Shown here: piece by piece, positions 19,953 to 30,446 of the stretch
How the letters are laid out: each line of letters begins with the position of its first letter
How positions within the stretch are numbered: position 1 is the first letter of the stretch
Source of the DNA: a virus
Length of the DNA stretch: 64,000 nt
Virus record (IMG/VR): IMGVR_UViG_3300028558_000024
Coordinates: 13,098-77,097 of that record
Strand: one strand, 5' to 3'
The notes under the pieces: generated by a model
What the model was told of the DNA's origin: nothing
Databases searched by the model: none
What the model saw: only the letters and a program-made list of their open reading frames with translations
Translations under genes and position numbers: made by a program

Positions 19953-21596
19953 ATGCTCAAGTATTTGCAAGAAACACTCAAGAACGACAGACCGGCTTGG
20001 CAAAATGCTGATGATCGCTTTTGTGATTTAGATTTACGCGATAAGTTTCTTTCCTCTCAAGCTTACGACCACCTGAAACACAACTTTTCGCAGGAAGAGG
20101 ATAGCAATCAGGATTTCATACCTATATATAAGCGTCGGCCTTCAGTTATCTACCCTTATGCTTCGGCAATTTCGGCTCTCGTTGCTCGCAAAACCTTTGG
20201 CGGACGTCATGCGCCCAGATTGACTCACGATAAAGACGAAGTTCGAATGAAGGTTGAAAGGCTTCTCCAAGAGGCCAAGTTTAGCCGACTCATGATCCAA
20301 ATAGCCAAATGGGCGTCTGTTGGTTCGATGGGCGTTACGTACAAAATTTTAGGCGAAGGCGACAAAGGCAAAATCATTGCAACGCCATGGAGAGCGAAAT
20401 ATTGCACTCCCAGATATGACAAGATGCAGAATTTGAAGTCTTTGCGGATTGCCTATCCGACCTGCGGTTATGAGTTTTTGGCTCGAGGCTGGGACAAAGA
20501 CATTAAAGGCGATCCAATTATTGCAACCGGAAATTATTGGCGGATTGTCGATCAGACTAAAGAGTACGAACGTTCTTATACGCCAATTTTCGAAAGTATG
20601 TGGAAGCCGTCTGATGGCGATAGTCTTTTGCAATTCAATGAGAAGGAAGACGAGGTCAAACACAATCTCGGCATTGTTCAAGCGCATTGGTTCACCAATT
20701 CAACAACCGGCTCACTTCCAGACGGCGAATGCTTGTTTGGTGCCGCTCTTCCCATTTGCATAGATATTGACTTCACTTTATCTTCGCTTGGCCGGGCCAT
20801 CAGATACAACGCCTCGCCCCAGGTCGTCACAATTGGCGAAATGGTTGACGGCAATGGCGGAGCAGCCGAGGACGGCAAGCCCAAGGCTCGTTCACCACAT
20901 ATGATGCTGATGTTTTACGCCGGCGAGAAAGACGCGGGCGGCGGAACCGTTAATGCTGGCGATGCCAAACTTCTTGAAATGACCGGGGAAGGCATCAAAA
21001 TTGGTTTGGAGTATGTCCAGTTTCTACGGAAATTGGCCCAAGAATCAACTGCAGCGATCGTAAAAGATCCCGATCATGCCGGAACATTGATCACCGGGGC
21101 TGCCATGGATTCTTTTGATGATAACTTCATCGACCTTATCCAAGATCTTCGCTGCTGCCTTGGCGATGACGGGACATTGCAACTCACTCGCCAAATGTGT
21201 CTTGTTGCAATTGCAGCCAAACACCCAATCATGGCGGGCGTTAACGTCGAGGATATTGACGGTCTTAAATATCAATGGCCCAAAGTTCACGAGCTGACGC
21301 CTCAAGACCTACAACAACTTGTCGCTTCTTTTGTTCAAGCAATTACCGGGCCGACTGCCAAGGGCGCCATGGGCGGCTTGGTTCAGTTACCGGGCTGGAA
21401 GCCTCTAATCGATCCCGAGGACGCCCGTAATTACATCTACGACAATTGCGATTTTCCAGTTGAGTCGACTGACTATATAGAGGATGGGATTTTACCTGAC
21501 GGCGAGAAGGATGACGGCAAAACCGCCATAGACACGCCTGATGAGTCTGATGTTTTGCCACCAAATGAAAAATTGAAAAAAGGAGTTACAGGCTAA
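19953..21596 (+). CDS. portal protein
   Basis: 547 aa directly after terL; size and synteny. Confidence 0.75.
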   Translation: MLKYLQETLKNDRPAWQNADDRFCDLDLRDKFLSSQAYDHLKHNFSQEEDSNQDFIPIYKRRPSVIYPYASAISALVARKTFGGRHAPRLTHDKDEVRMKVERLLQEAKFSRLMIQIAKWASVGSMGVTYKILGEGDKGKIIATPWRAKYCTPRYDKMQNLKSLRIAYPTCGYEFLARGWDKDIKGDPIIATGNYWRIVDQTKEYERSYTPIFESMWKPSDGDSLLQFNEKEDEVKHNLGIVQAHWFTNSTTGSLPDGECLFGAALPICIDIDFTLSSLGRAIRYNASPQVVTIGEMVDGNGGAAEDGKPKARSPHMMLMFYAGEKDAGGGTVNAGDAKLLEMTGEGIKIGLEYVQFLRKLAQESTAAIVKDPDHAGTLITGAAMDSFDDNFIDLIQDLRCCLGDDGTLQLTRQMCLVAIAAKHPIMAGVNVEDIDGLKYQWPKVHELTPQDLQQLVASFVQAITGPTAKGAMGGLVQLPGWKPLIDPEDARNYIYDNCDFPVESTDYIEDGILPDGEKDDGKTAIDTPDESDVLPPNEKLKKGVTG

Positions 21597-21949
21597 TGGC
21601 TAATGGCGACAGTATTTATTTAGTCAACGGTGTTGCGCCGACAACCTATAAAGGTTGGAAAGCGCTTGACGCATCGAGTGCAACCTCTGGCGATTCGGGC
21701 TGGCTTGATCCGTTGCCCTATTCGAAATTTTCGCTTGAAGTGACGGGAATCGCTGCCGGCGACAAAGTCAAACTCTGGGGCACGAATAAAGAATTTCCGC
21801 TGTCGAGTGATGCGGGCCAATTGATTGGCGCCGAATTGACAGCAAATGGATATACGCAATTCACCGGCTCTTATGCCAGATTGCGTGTTACACAGAGCGC
21901 TAATGCTGGCGGTGGTTCTGTCACTGCCGTTTTATTGGCGACAAAATAA
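21596..21949 (+). CDS. small beta-rich virion protein, paralog of 37746-38099
   Basis: 117 aa; DSGWL...V.L.GTN...RLRV pattern. Confidence 0.55.
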   Translation: MANGDSIYLVNGVAPTTYKGWKALDASSATSGDSGWLDPLPYSKFSLEVTGIAAGDKVKLWGTNKEFPLSSDAGQLIGAELTANGYTQFTGSYARLRVTQSANAGGGSVTAVLLATK

Positions 21950-21966
21950 GGAGAATCAAACCAACC

Positions 21967-22638
21967 ATGTCAGACGAAACCCCTAAAAACGTCGAAGACC
22001 CCAAGCAAGAAGATCCGTCCAAAAACCAAGATCCTCCAAAGAAGGAAGATAAATCCGCTGGCGACGACAAGCGAAAAGCTTGGAGTACGGACGATTATGA
22101 ACATGAACTGTCGAAAGTTCGAGGCGAAGCAGCCGAAAAGAGAAAAGCTCTTAGCGACTTGCAAAAGAAACTCGATGCTCACGAAGAAGAAAAGAGCAAA
22201 GCTGAAACAGACCGACTGAAAGCTGAAGGCAAATTCAAAGAAGCTGCCGAGAAAGCCGAGAAGGATCTCCAAGACTACAAGAAGATAGCCGAACAACGCG
22301 CAATCAAAGCTGAAGCGAAAGCCGCGGCAATTGCTGCCGGCATGAATCCCAATGCGGCCAAGTTTCTTGATACGACAAATGTCAAATATGACGATGCCGG
22401 AGAGCTTTCCGGAATCGAAGAAGCCATTGCTCAAATGAAGAAGGATCTGCCTGAAGTTTTCAAAAAGGAATCCGACACTTCCAAAGACGTAAAACCAACT
22501 GGCTCGGAGAAAGATGATCCGCCTCCCGCCAAAAAGGGAACAACTCCAACCGCAATGGCAACTGACTCGAAAGGCAATTTCCTGATCTCCGACAAAGATC
22601 TCGATAAAGCGATCAAGGAAATGGCCAAAAAAATATAG
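21967..22638 (+). CDS. capsid scaffolding protein
   Basis: charged coiled coil (LSKVRGEAAEKR), directly upstream of capsid gene. Confidence 0.75.
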   Translation: MSDETPKNVEDPKQEDPSKNQDPPKKEDKSAGDDKRKAWSTDDYEHELSKVRGEAAEKRKALSDLQKKLDAHEEEKSKAETDRLKAEGKFKEAAEKAEKDLQDYKKIAEQRAIKAEAKAAAIAAGMNPNAAKFLDTTNVKYDDAGELSGIEEAIAQMKKDLPEVFKKESDTSKDVKPTGSEKDDPPPAKKGTTPTAMATDSKGNFLISDKDLDKAIKEMAKKI

Positions 22639-22810
22639 TTGACAAAAGTCAAAGCAGCTATCAATGATTGTGGAGTAGGTCAGGCACCTACTCCAATCTT
22701 TTTAGAGCCAGGCGCTCCGTGCGGGTTGTAACCGCAACGTAAATCTCTCAAAAACTAGTCCGGGCCAGGCGCCCTCAGTGTCACACAAGACTAAGAGGGG
22801 TTTCCTTATA

Positions 22811-24193
22811 ATGTCCGGCAATTTCCAAAATCTTCCAACAGCTCTGCAAGTAGTCATTCAACAAGGATGGCTTGAACGCAAAATTAGAGCCGCATTGCAA
22901 AACAAACTTGCATATCGCGCTCTCGTAGAAAAAGAAACTTTCCCAACTAGAATTGGCGAAGCTTTCAAAAGAACTCGCACAGCGATGTTGCCGGCTGTCG
23001 TTAAGAAGCTCGTTCCGTCGGATATGTCCAACGCAGCTTCTTTGACCAATGGACAAACCGCGCAAACCGCTCCTGGCTATGAACAATGGGACGTAACTCT
23101 TGAAGAGCACGGCACTTTCCTTGGCTTGAACCGCAAGCAAGACAAGGTTTCTCTCGTCAATAACTACTTGAGAAATGCTGGCTTGCTGGCCAATCAATCA
23201 GCCAAGTCTCAAGAACACATGGCTCGCAATCCCTTGTTTGGCGCTTATCTGAGTGGAAACAGCTATGTTGTAACAGCATTGGGTGCAGGCACAAGCACGA
23301 CCGCGCTCGTTAATGACATTCGCGGCTTCGACACTGTTTTGATTGCAAACGGCACTCTGGCAGCTACAAGCGTTTCAAATCCTTTGACTTGTTATGCAAC
23401 CAAGCCGGATAACACCGTTGTCACTCTTTCGGTGACGGGCGTTGTCGCAGAAGGTACAAATCACAGCTCTGCTTCTCAGCTCTCTTCGGACGGCGTTGAA
23501 CAGGGCGGAATCTCCGGCACTTTGACTTTTGCTGATGCTGGCGGCACTTTGCCGGACGGTACAGTTATCAAAGCAATCCATGGTTCAACCATTTTGCGCC
23601 CGAAAGGCAAAACTCGCACTTCAGCCTTGCTGGGCGGCGACATGCTGACTCTCTCATTGCTTTTGGATGCAAAGCTTGCACTGGAAAACAATGGCGTTTC
23701 CGGAGCAATTGATTGCGTTCTTGATCCTTCTTCATTGCGTCAACTGTATGCCGATCCTGAATTCCAGAATCTTCACACTGGCGGCAGAGCTGATACTGAA
23801 ATGAATACTGGCATGATTTCAGCAATTCTCGGAATCAATTTCCGCACAACTACTGAAGCATTCCAGCAACCGGCATTCTCCGGAACCGGCGCTCACAACA
23901 TTCCTGTTGCTGTCCGTAGACCAATTCTTGTCAGCGAAGGCTGCATTGTTGAATCGACTTTCGAAGCCGATACTGAACAGGAAGATCAAACCATCCATAA
24001 CATCGTCACCGTTGACGGCGTTAATTTCATCGACAGACCATCCTTGGACGTTTTCGCTCAAAACGTCACACAGGCATGGGAATGGACCGGTTGTTACAGT
24101 GTTCCACAAGACCAATCGATGACAGCGGCGATTATGCCGACTGCATCCGGCGCCCGCTACAAGCGCGCTGTGGTTATCGAGCACGCAGGCTAA
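22811..24193 (+). CDS. major capsid protein
   Basis: 460 aa after scaffold; AGAGGGG RBS; followed by strong hairpin. Confidence 0.75.
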   Translation: MSGNFQNLPTALQVVIQQGWLERKIRAALQNKLAYRALVEKETFPTRIGEAFKRTRTAMLPAVVKKLVPSDMSNAASLTNGQTAQTAPGYEQWDVTLEEHGTFLGLNRKQDKVSLVNNYLRNAGLLANQSAKSQEHMARNPLFGAYLSGNSYVVTALGAGTSTTALVNDIRGFDTVLIANGTLAATSVSNPLTCYATKPDNTVVTLSVTGVVAEGTNHSSASQLSSDGVEQGGISGTLTFADAGGTLPDGTVIKAIHGSTILRPKGKTRTSALLGGDMLTLSLLLDAKLALENNGVSGAIDCVLDPSSLRQLYADPEFQNLHTGGRADTEMNTGMISAILGINFRTTTEAFQQPAFSGTGAHNIPVAVRRPILVSEGCIVESTFEADTEQEDQTIHNIVTVDGVNFIDRPSLDVFAQNVTQAWEWTGCYSVPQDQSMTAAIMPTASGARYKRAVVIEHAG

Positions 24194-24210
24194 GCCTTTC
24201 GGCGAGGGGA

Positions 24211-24238
24211 GTGAGCGGACCCGAAAGGGTCCGCTTAC
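24211..24238 (+). terminator. stable GAAA-tetraloop hairpin after capsid gene (stabiliser or weak terminator; no U tract)
   Basis: GTGAGCGGACCC-GAAA-GGGTCCGCTTAC. Confidence 0.55.
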
Positions 24239-24270
24239 ATAATTAAGAGTTTTCTGGAGAACAAAAAACA

Positions 24271-25446
24271 ATGTCGCTGAATCCTAATGCAAGACTTCTG
24301 CCTGCTTTGAACGCTTCAACTATGGTCAATGGGCAAGTCGTTCCACTTTCTCCTTCTGATCAACTTGCATCGGACGCGAGACTTTTGGCGACCGCGACAA
24401 TAACCGTCGGGGGTTCAATTACGAACCTCGACAAATTGCGAGTAAGGATTAAATCAGGCGCTCTTGAGATTGATGTAACTGCCGCCATGACGGGCGGTGA
24501 CACTACCACTACCGCAGCGGCCAAAGTTGCAGCCGCAATCAATGCAAATGCGACTTTGCGAGATCTTGGTTATGCAGCTTCTTCGGCTGCAGCTATCGTA
24601 ACTTTGACCGGTTATGGACCAATTCCAATGATTGTCGCTCTCGATTCATGGGCCGAGTCGGCTGGTTTGACTTTGACGTGCGGCGGGACGGTCACTTCCG
24701 GCGAAATGGAAATCGTCAAATTCGTTTCTGATTTGCTTCCGCTTGGATACAAATATGTCAAGGTTCTTTCAGCTTCGACAACTACTGCGCGCGCAACCGC
24801 AATCAAAAACGCTATTAATGCTGATGTTGATCTTGCCAATGCCGCCATTACTGCAACATCTTCTTCGGCTATTGTCACAATCGACTTGAGTGCAGTTGAT
24901 TCTGACGTCACCGTGACTTCTTATGCATGGCAACCTTCGGCAACCGTTACTGTCGGCGGCACGCCTGCTGATGGCAATGCGCCTATTTTGGTTTTCACTG
25001 CAACTGGCTTGCCTGGTGGAGATACCACGATCAACTATACCGTTTCGGGATCACCGACGACAACTCAAGTCGCAACTGCCTTGGCGGGCGTCATTAACGC
25101 AAATTCTGAACTTATTGCAGCAGGTATCACAGCCAGCCCATCAGGAGCTGTCGTGACCGTGACCTTGCCCGACAATATTGGCGGCATCGTTCTTTCCAGA
25201 ACAAATGACACCACGACTTACACTTTGAGCGCTGGTCCGACTGAAACTATTGTCAAAGCCGCCGAAGCAACTGAAACTATGACAATTTCACAGGTTTTCA
25301 CGGGCGGAGGCGGCCCGATTCTGCCAACCGCAGATTTCCAATACATGTACAACGGACAACCCCTGTCTTTCAGAGCTGGCTTCCCCGCGGAAGTTACAAG
25401 TGACCTTTTGACAATGCTTCTGAGGGACGCACAACAGATCTCTTAA
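24271..25446 (+). CDS. virion structural/decoration protein with three internal repeats
   Basis: Thr/Ala/Gly-rich; TTT..A..(L/I)...IN...A..S.A.VT repeated three times. Confidence 0.6.
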   Translation: MSLNPNARLLPALNASTMVNGQVVPLSPSDQLASDARLLATATITVGGSITNLDKLRVRIKSGALEIDVTAAMTGGDTTTTAAAKVAAAINANATLRDLGYAASSAAAIVTLTGYGPIPMIVALDSWAESAGLTLTCGGTVTSGEMEIVKFVSDLLPLGYKYVKVLSASTTTARATAIKNAINADVDLANAAITATSSSAIVTIDLSAVDSDVTVTSYAWQPSATVTVGGTPADGNAPILVFTATGLPGGDTTINYTVSGSPTTTQVATALAGVINANSELIAAGITASPSGAVVTVTLPDNIGGIVLSRTNDTTTYTLSAGPTETIVKAAEATETMTISQVFTGGGGPILPTADFQYMYNGQPLSFRAGFPAEVTSDLLTMLLRDAQQIS

Positions 25447-25461
25447 GGAGTTCATTCCAAA

Positions 25462-25785
25462 ATGGCAACCAATCCCCCCGCCGAAACAACAACCTCAACC
25501 AAAACAGCCGCTCAAGAAAAACTTGAAGAATTGAAGCGGAATGCAATTGCAAAAAACCAACCGGCCGCAGCCGACAAAATTGAAGCCTACAGAATTTCAG
25601 CAGATTGCAGAACTGCTTTGCACGGTTCGATTGTTTCTTACAAGAAAGACGACATTGTTTCCGATCCTGGAATGATCGTTCAATTGAAAGCGCAAGGAAT
25701 AGACATGCTTCCGATTGAAGCGGCTTTCCATGAATGCCCAAATTGCAAATCCAGGTTCGCGGCGGCCACAGCAGAAAGGAAGTAA
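25462..25785 (+). CDS. hypothetical head-module protein with C-terminal Zn ribbon
   Basis: AAGGAG RBS; CPNC motif. Confidence 0.55.
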   Translation: MATNPPAETTTSTKTAAQEKLEELKRNAIAKNQPAAADKIEAYRISADCRTALHGSIVSYKKDDIVSDPGMIVQLKAQGIDMLPIEAAFHECPNCKSRFAAATAERK

Positions 25786-26571
25786 ATGCTCACCGACATG
25801 GAACGAGTCGCAATCAGAAGTCACCTCGGGTATCCGCCCGTTGGTGCTCCGCAGATTGCGCCGGGCCGCGTCGGGCGTTATTTGCTCACGAATATCGATC
25901 TTTCCGTTTATGACGACTCTTTCAATGCTTTGGAGTTTCGTTTAAACCGTTTGCGTGCAGCAGAAGAAGTCCTTTTAACTGGCGCTGCATATGGGGCAAT
26001 TTATTTCGGAAACCTTCAGCCGTTCACGACAGCTGATTCAATCACGATAACGATTACTCAAGGGACGGCGATTGATAAGGAATTGACTTACACCGCCTTA
26101 AATGGCGAGAAGCTCATTCCGTTCATGACAAGGATTTCAACAGCAATCAATCAAGACGTTGATTTGACGGCCGCCGGCTTTACTGGCTCCTTCCCAAATG
26201 ACGGCTCAATGAGTGAATTCGCGATCTTTGCTCCCGTGGAATTTGAAATTGCTATCACCACGACCGGCAATATGCTGGCTACTTTGAGCGGCTTTGGCAA
26301 GCTGCCGAATATGCACTTTGATTCTTGTTGCGATTCGGGCGAAGTCGTTTATGGACTGATCAATATCTGTGATGCTTTGGAAAATGCGATTGCAGGCTCA
26401 TCTAAACAACTTGGCTTTGCCAGAACAGGCGATGTCTACTTTAATGGCCGTGTTTTGAGAGAAAGAGAAAAACTCTACCAAAGATATAGGAAGCGTTTGG
26501 CCGAATTTCTGAAAGTGCCATTCTTTGCAAGTAGCACGGGCGGCGGTGGGGCTGGAAGGTTTGTCTGCTAA
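25786..26571 (+). CDS. head-tail adaptor (putative)
   Basis: MLTD.ER..IR.HLGYP start; RE..Y..YR.RLA.FL end; synteny. Confidence 0.6.
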   Translation: MLTDMERVAIRSHLGYPPVGAPQIAPGRVGRYLLTNIDLSVYDDSFNALEFRLNRLRAAEEVLLTGAAYGAIYFGNLQPFTTADSITITITQGTAIDKELTYTALNGEKLIPFMTRISTAINQDVDLTAAGFTGSFPNDGSMSEFAIFAPVEFEIAITTTGNMLATLSGFGKLPNMHFDSCCDSGEVVYGLINICDALENAIAGSSKQLGFARTGDVYFNGRVLREREKLYQRYRKRLAEFLKVPFFASSTGGGGAGRFVC

Positions 26572-27359
26572 TGTGCAATTCAATGGCGCGAGAGATACAA
26601 GCGCTCAGGAATTGCGCTAAAGGTCTGGAAGCCTCAATGAGTGGGGTTCCTTTTGACGTTTATCGCCTCAAATCGACGGTGAGCGGAGACTTCATCCAGG
26701 ACGCAACCCGGATCGCTCAAAACGTCATGATTTCCTATACGGTGAAAACCTCTAAGGATGTCGAAGGTTCGATGGAAGTCCCGAAATGGCAGGAGCTTGT
26801 TGTTTATGCAGTCACAGGCAATTTTGCGCAATTTCATGTCGGTGACGTGTTTGTCTGCCGTGACACTGTTGCTGGGGATAACCATATACGGTTACCGGGT
26901 ACGCGAGAACTTAACGCATTTGCGCTGGCCTCGGACGCCTTTCTAAAACTGTCGCTCGGAGCTCGGATAAACACCCAAATTTCAATCAGTCGTCAGTCAA
27001 AGACAACCAATGATGAAGGATTCTTTGATCCGACGGCTAAAAATTCCCAAGTTCTCAAAATCAACAACGGCCGCTGTCAGTTGATGCCTTCCGAATCGAA
27101 GCCGCACATAATACCGGCCGGGCTTGTAGCTGCACGCGGAACCTATGGTGAAAGAGACTTTGACGGCGTTCCCGCAATGGAAAGGAAGTCTTCTTGGATT
27201 TGCTTCGTTCCGCCTTTGCCGGGATTGAAATTTAGAGAAGGCGATCGCATCCAAGGACAAGACGGAGCCCTTTATAAAGTTGTCGTCGCATATACGGAAG
27301 AGGTTGGCTTTATTGGTTCTCAGTTGTTTTTAGAACGCGAAAACGCGCAACCCGGTTAA
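26571..27359 (+). CDS. head closure/neck protein (putative)
   Basis: synteny; GDRI...G..Y.V motif. Confidence 0.55.
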   Translation: MCNSMAREIQALRNCAKGLEASMSGVPFDVYRLKSTVSGDFIQDATRIAQNVMISYTVKTSKDVEGSMEVPKWQELVVYAVTGNFAQFHVGDVFVCRDTVAGDNHIRLPGTRELNAFALASDAFLKLSLGARINTQISISRQSKTTNDEGFFDPTAKNSQVLKINNGRCQLMPSESKPHIIPAGLVAARGTYGERDFDGVPAMERKSSWICFVPPLPGLKFREGDRIQGQDGALYKVVVAYTEEVGFIGSQLFLERENAQPG

Positions 27360-27364
27360 ACGAA

Positions 27365-28255
27365 ATGGCGACAGTAACTCAAATCATGCAAAAAGTTAAG
27401 GCCGTCATCGAGGCGGCTGTCGCTGATTTGTTGATTGACGGGAATCCGGCCGACATAACCGTCGGACTTGGCTGGCCGGATGTTGAAAGATTGCAAGATG
27501 TCGCCCGCGGCAAGATGTTGATCTCGGTCCATGAGCGCTTAACTGGAAAGGTTCCGCGCAGGTACTTGAACCAAACCCAGCAATTCACCCCGCTTCCTTG
27601 CGGAATCGCGGCTGTTTTGTCAAATGATGTAATCGGCCCGACTGGCTCAGAAACTTTGACTTTGTCATTCTCGGTCGGCTCAAGTGCCGTCAACCAATAT
27701 GACGGCGTCGGACTTGGCGCGGCATTTGGTTTTCTCGAGTCTGGCGCGACTGTGATTGCGAGCACCGGCAATTCTCTTCATGACGTTGCATCGGCGTTGG
27801 CAACAAACATTAATGCGACCGATGTTTTGTCTGATTGGATTTCCGCCTCGGCAACTGGCGCTGTCGTTACTTTGACAAATCTCTTATCCGCGCCTTTGAA
27901 AATTGCCAAAGGCGTCGGGAACAGAACTATCAGAACGAAGGAAACCGGCAGAGAACAAGCCGATCTTCAAATAACGCTCTGGGCCGACTCACAAAAGTCG
28001 CGTTATTCCATTGGGGATATCATCCAACCTCTTTTGAACGACCTTGAAGATCAAGGAAGAGTCCAAATCAATGCCGGCGACCACGCAAACTTTGGCTATA
28101 ACGGCTCAATGAATAATGATGCCGACGTCCAAAAAAACACTTATCGAAGGGAATTTTTGCTTAGTGCTGAATATTCAGTTAGAAAAACAGACTTCGCATA
28201 CCCTGTCTTGGCTCAAATTCACACTTATAACAATCCAAGAAATCCCGCGACTTAA
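27365..28255 (+). CDS. tail terminator/neck protein (putative)
   Basis: synteny before sheath; QITLWA...R motif; YRREF. Confidence 0.55.
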   Translation: MATVTQIMQKVKAVIEAAVADLLIDGNPADITVGLGWPDVERLQDVARGKMLISVHERLTGKVPRRYLNQTQQFTPLPCGIAAVLSNDVIGPTGSETLTLSFSVGSSAVNQYDGVGLGAAFGFLESGATVIASTGNSLHDVASALATNINATDVLSDWISASATGAVVTLTNLLSAPLKIAKGVGNRTIRTKETGREQADLQITLWADSQKSRYSIGDIIQPLLNDLEDQGRVQINAGDHANFGYNGSMNNDADVQKNTYRREFLLSAEYSVRKTDFAYPVLAQIHTYNNPRNPAT

Positions 28256-28345
28256 CTTGACGCGCCAAAACTTTGTTTTGCATCGCCCAAAATCTCCGCT
28301 TACGTTTGATATCGAGGGCAGAGATATCAGTTTGGAGATCCGCAA

Positions 28346-29920
28346 GTGGCACAGATTATTCAGTCGAGTTCTTTCAATCCGATCAATCTTCGGGCAAACG
28401 GTCTTTATATCGTTCGCCGTCCACCTTCGGGATTTAAAGCCGCAGTCGCAACCGATGTAATTGGATTTGTCGGTGGAGCTGATTGGGGTAAACGAAATCA
28501 ACCAACTCTAGTTGGTGATGTGCGAGCTTACGGCCGCGCATTCGGCCCCTTGAATGCAGCGTCTTTGACTGATGTTCATGACATGGCGATTGCAATCAAT
28601 GTCGCCTTCTCCCAATCCGCTGGCGGAAGCCCTATAGAGGCGCTCTGTGTTGCCGTAGATGACGGCACGGCTGATTATGCAACGATTGCCCTTGTTGACA
28701 CTTCCGGCTCTCCTAAAGCCGGTGGATCGCTCACCGCAAGATGCGTCGGGACTGCTGGTAACGCAATTACCGTCAATTTTGCAGCTGGCACAGTCACCAA
28801 TACCGTAAACGTCAAGATTTTTGCCTTCGATGGCGCCGATTCTGAAATTTACGAAAACCTTCCTTCTGCCGGAGCTGGTGTTTTCTGGGCTTCCTTGAAA
28901 CAAGCCGTCAATTTCGGAAATACTTTGCGTCCACCTTCTAAGCTCGTTCGCTTCGTTGACGGAGTTGACGTTGCAACCGCAATCACTCCAGCGCTTGGCA
29001 CCTTTGATTTGACCGGTGGATTGTCTGGCCGTTCCGGAATCGACTCAGCCGACTTGCTTGGTTCTGATTCCTCAGTTCCAAAAACCGGCGCCTATTCGTT
29101 GCGTTCGCAAGATCCTTCTCCGTCTGTCGTTGTCCTTTGCGGCAACTATGACAATACAATCTATTCAAGCCTTAAGACTCTCGCTGAGTCCGAAGGCTGG
29201 ATTCAATTGCTCGATTTTAGCGCTGGTACTTCAAGCGCAACTGCAAAGGCTAACAAGAAAACCTATGCCGTTGACTCGTTCAACGTCGGCTATTGCTGGA
29301 ACCAAACCTACATTTACGACTCAGTCAACGGACTCACCAGGCTTCTGCCGGCGTCTTACACGATTGGCGGCAGGATTGTTTCATTGCAACCTCAAGAGTC
29401 CTGCGGAAACAAGGAAGTCTTCGGTATTGTCGGAACAGAAAGAAACGATCCTTCAACTGGCGATGTTCCATTCAGTGAATCGGAAGAAGGAGATTTGGAG
29501 CAATCGGGAATCCTCTTCATCAAGAGAGGTATTCCACGCAATGCCAACATCTTTGGGATCAAGCACGGGATGTCATCGCTCACTGGTTTCAATACTTCAA
29601 ACCTTGCGCATACCCGCATAATCACATTCTTGTTTAAGACCGTTGAGTCTGCTGTCGGCCAGTTTGTCGAAGAAATTCAAACCACTGATGTCGATGATCA
29701 AACCCGTTTGGGCGTCGAAACGGCTGTTAATTCAGTTCTGATCGAAGCTCAGAAAAATAGACTGGTCGATCAATTCAAGGTCCAATGCGATCTCGACAAC
29801 AACAGCCCAGCAACAATCGCCGCTGGTCAACTCAACTACAAGACCGAGATCCGCCCAATTGGACATGCCCGATTCATCATCTGGGATTTCACCTATGACG
29901 TGAACGCCCAGGTCGCCTAA
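28346..29920 (+). CDS. contractile tail sheath protein
   Basis: GLYI..P; G.ADWG..N.P; C-terminal F.V.CD..NN....I..G.L. Confidence 0.9.
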   Translation: MAQIIQSSSFNPINLRANGLYIVRRPPSGFKAAVATDVIGFVGGADWGKRNQPTLVGDVRAYGRAFGPLNAASLTDVHDMAIAINVAFSQSAGGSPIEALCVAVDDGTADYATIALVDTSGSPKAGGSLTARCVGTAGNAITVNFAAGTVTNTVNVKIFAFDGADSEIYENLPSAGAGVFWASLKQAVNFGNTLRPPSKLVRFVDGVDVATAITPALGTFDLTGGLSGRSGIDSADLLGSDSSVPKTGAYSLRSQDPSPSVVVLCGNYDNTIYSSLKTLAESEGWIQLLDFSAGTSSATAKANKKTYAVDSFNVGYCWNQTYIYDSVNGLTRLLPASYTIGGRIVSLQPQESCGNKEVFGIVGTERNDPSTGDVPFSESEEGDLEQSGILFIKRGIPRNANIFGIKHGMSSLTGFNTSNLAHTRIITFLFKTVESAVGQFVEEIQTTDVDDQTRLGVETAVNSVLIEAQKNRLVDQFKVQCDLDNNSPATIAAGQLNYKTEIRPIGHARFIIWDFTYDVNAQVA

Positions 29921-29979
29921 TCAATCCCATCACAACCAGCCGAAAGCCAGTCAGGAAGCCAGAAAGGAGATAACCGCAA

Positions 29980-30438
29980 ATGTCGGATCAAGTGATTCAA
30001 GACTTTAACATCGGAAAAGACGCGACAGTAATGTTCAAGTTTCCGAGTGGGCAAGTTATCTCCGGCGTTCAGCTGGCGCACATCGAATCGGTCAGCGTTA
30101 AGCGTCTCCAAAAGATGACCGAAAAGACGCCGATGACAAACAATGGCGATACTCTTCGTCGCTCTCATCCGCAAGGATACGAGCTGACAATGAAATGCAC
30201 CCGTTATAACGGCAACTTGACTGAAGTTTTCACTCAGATGGATGAGAACTACAGAAACAGCGGATTGCCACAACGTTTTGATGTAAACATCACCGTTAGA
30301 AACCCTGATGGCACCTTGAATCAAGGCACATTCACCAATTGCGTTTTTGAAAACTTCGGCTTCGGCGACTTCGAAGGAATCGATGCCGTCAGTCAAGACG
30401 TGAGCATGAAGGCTCAAAGATACGTAAAAACAAAATAG
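29980..30438 (+). CDS. tail tube protein
   Basis: 152 aa after sheath; AAAGGAG RBS. Confidence 0.75.
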   Translation: MSDQVIQDFNIGKDATVMFKFPSGQVISGVQLAHIESVSVKRLQKMTEKTPMTNNGDTLRRSHPQGYELTMKCTRYNGNLTEVFTQMDENYRNSGLPQRFDVNITVRNPDGTLNQGTFTNCVFENFGFGDFEGIDAVSQDVSMKAQRYVKTK

Positions 30439-30446
30439 AGGACTGA

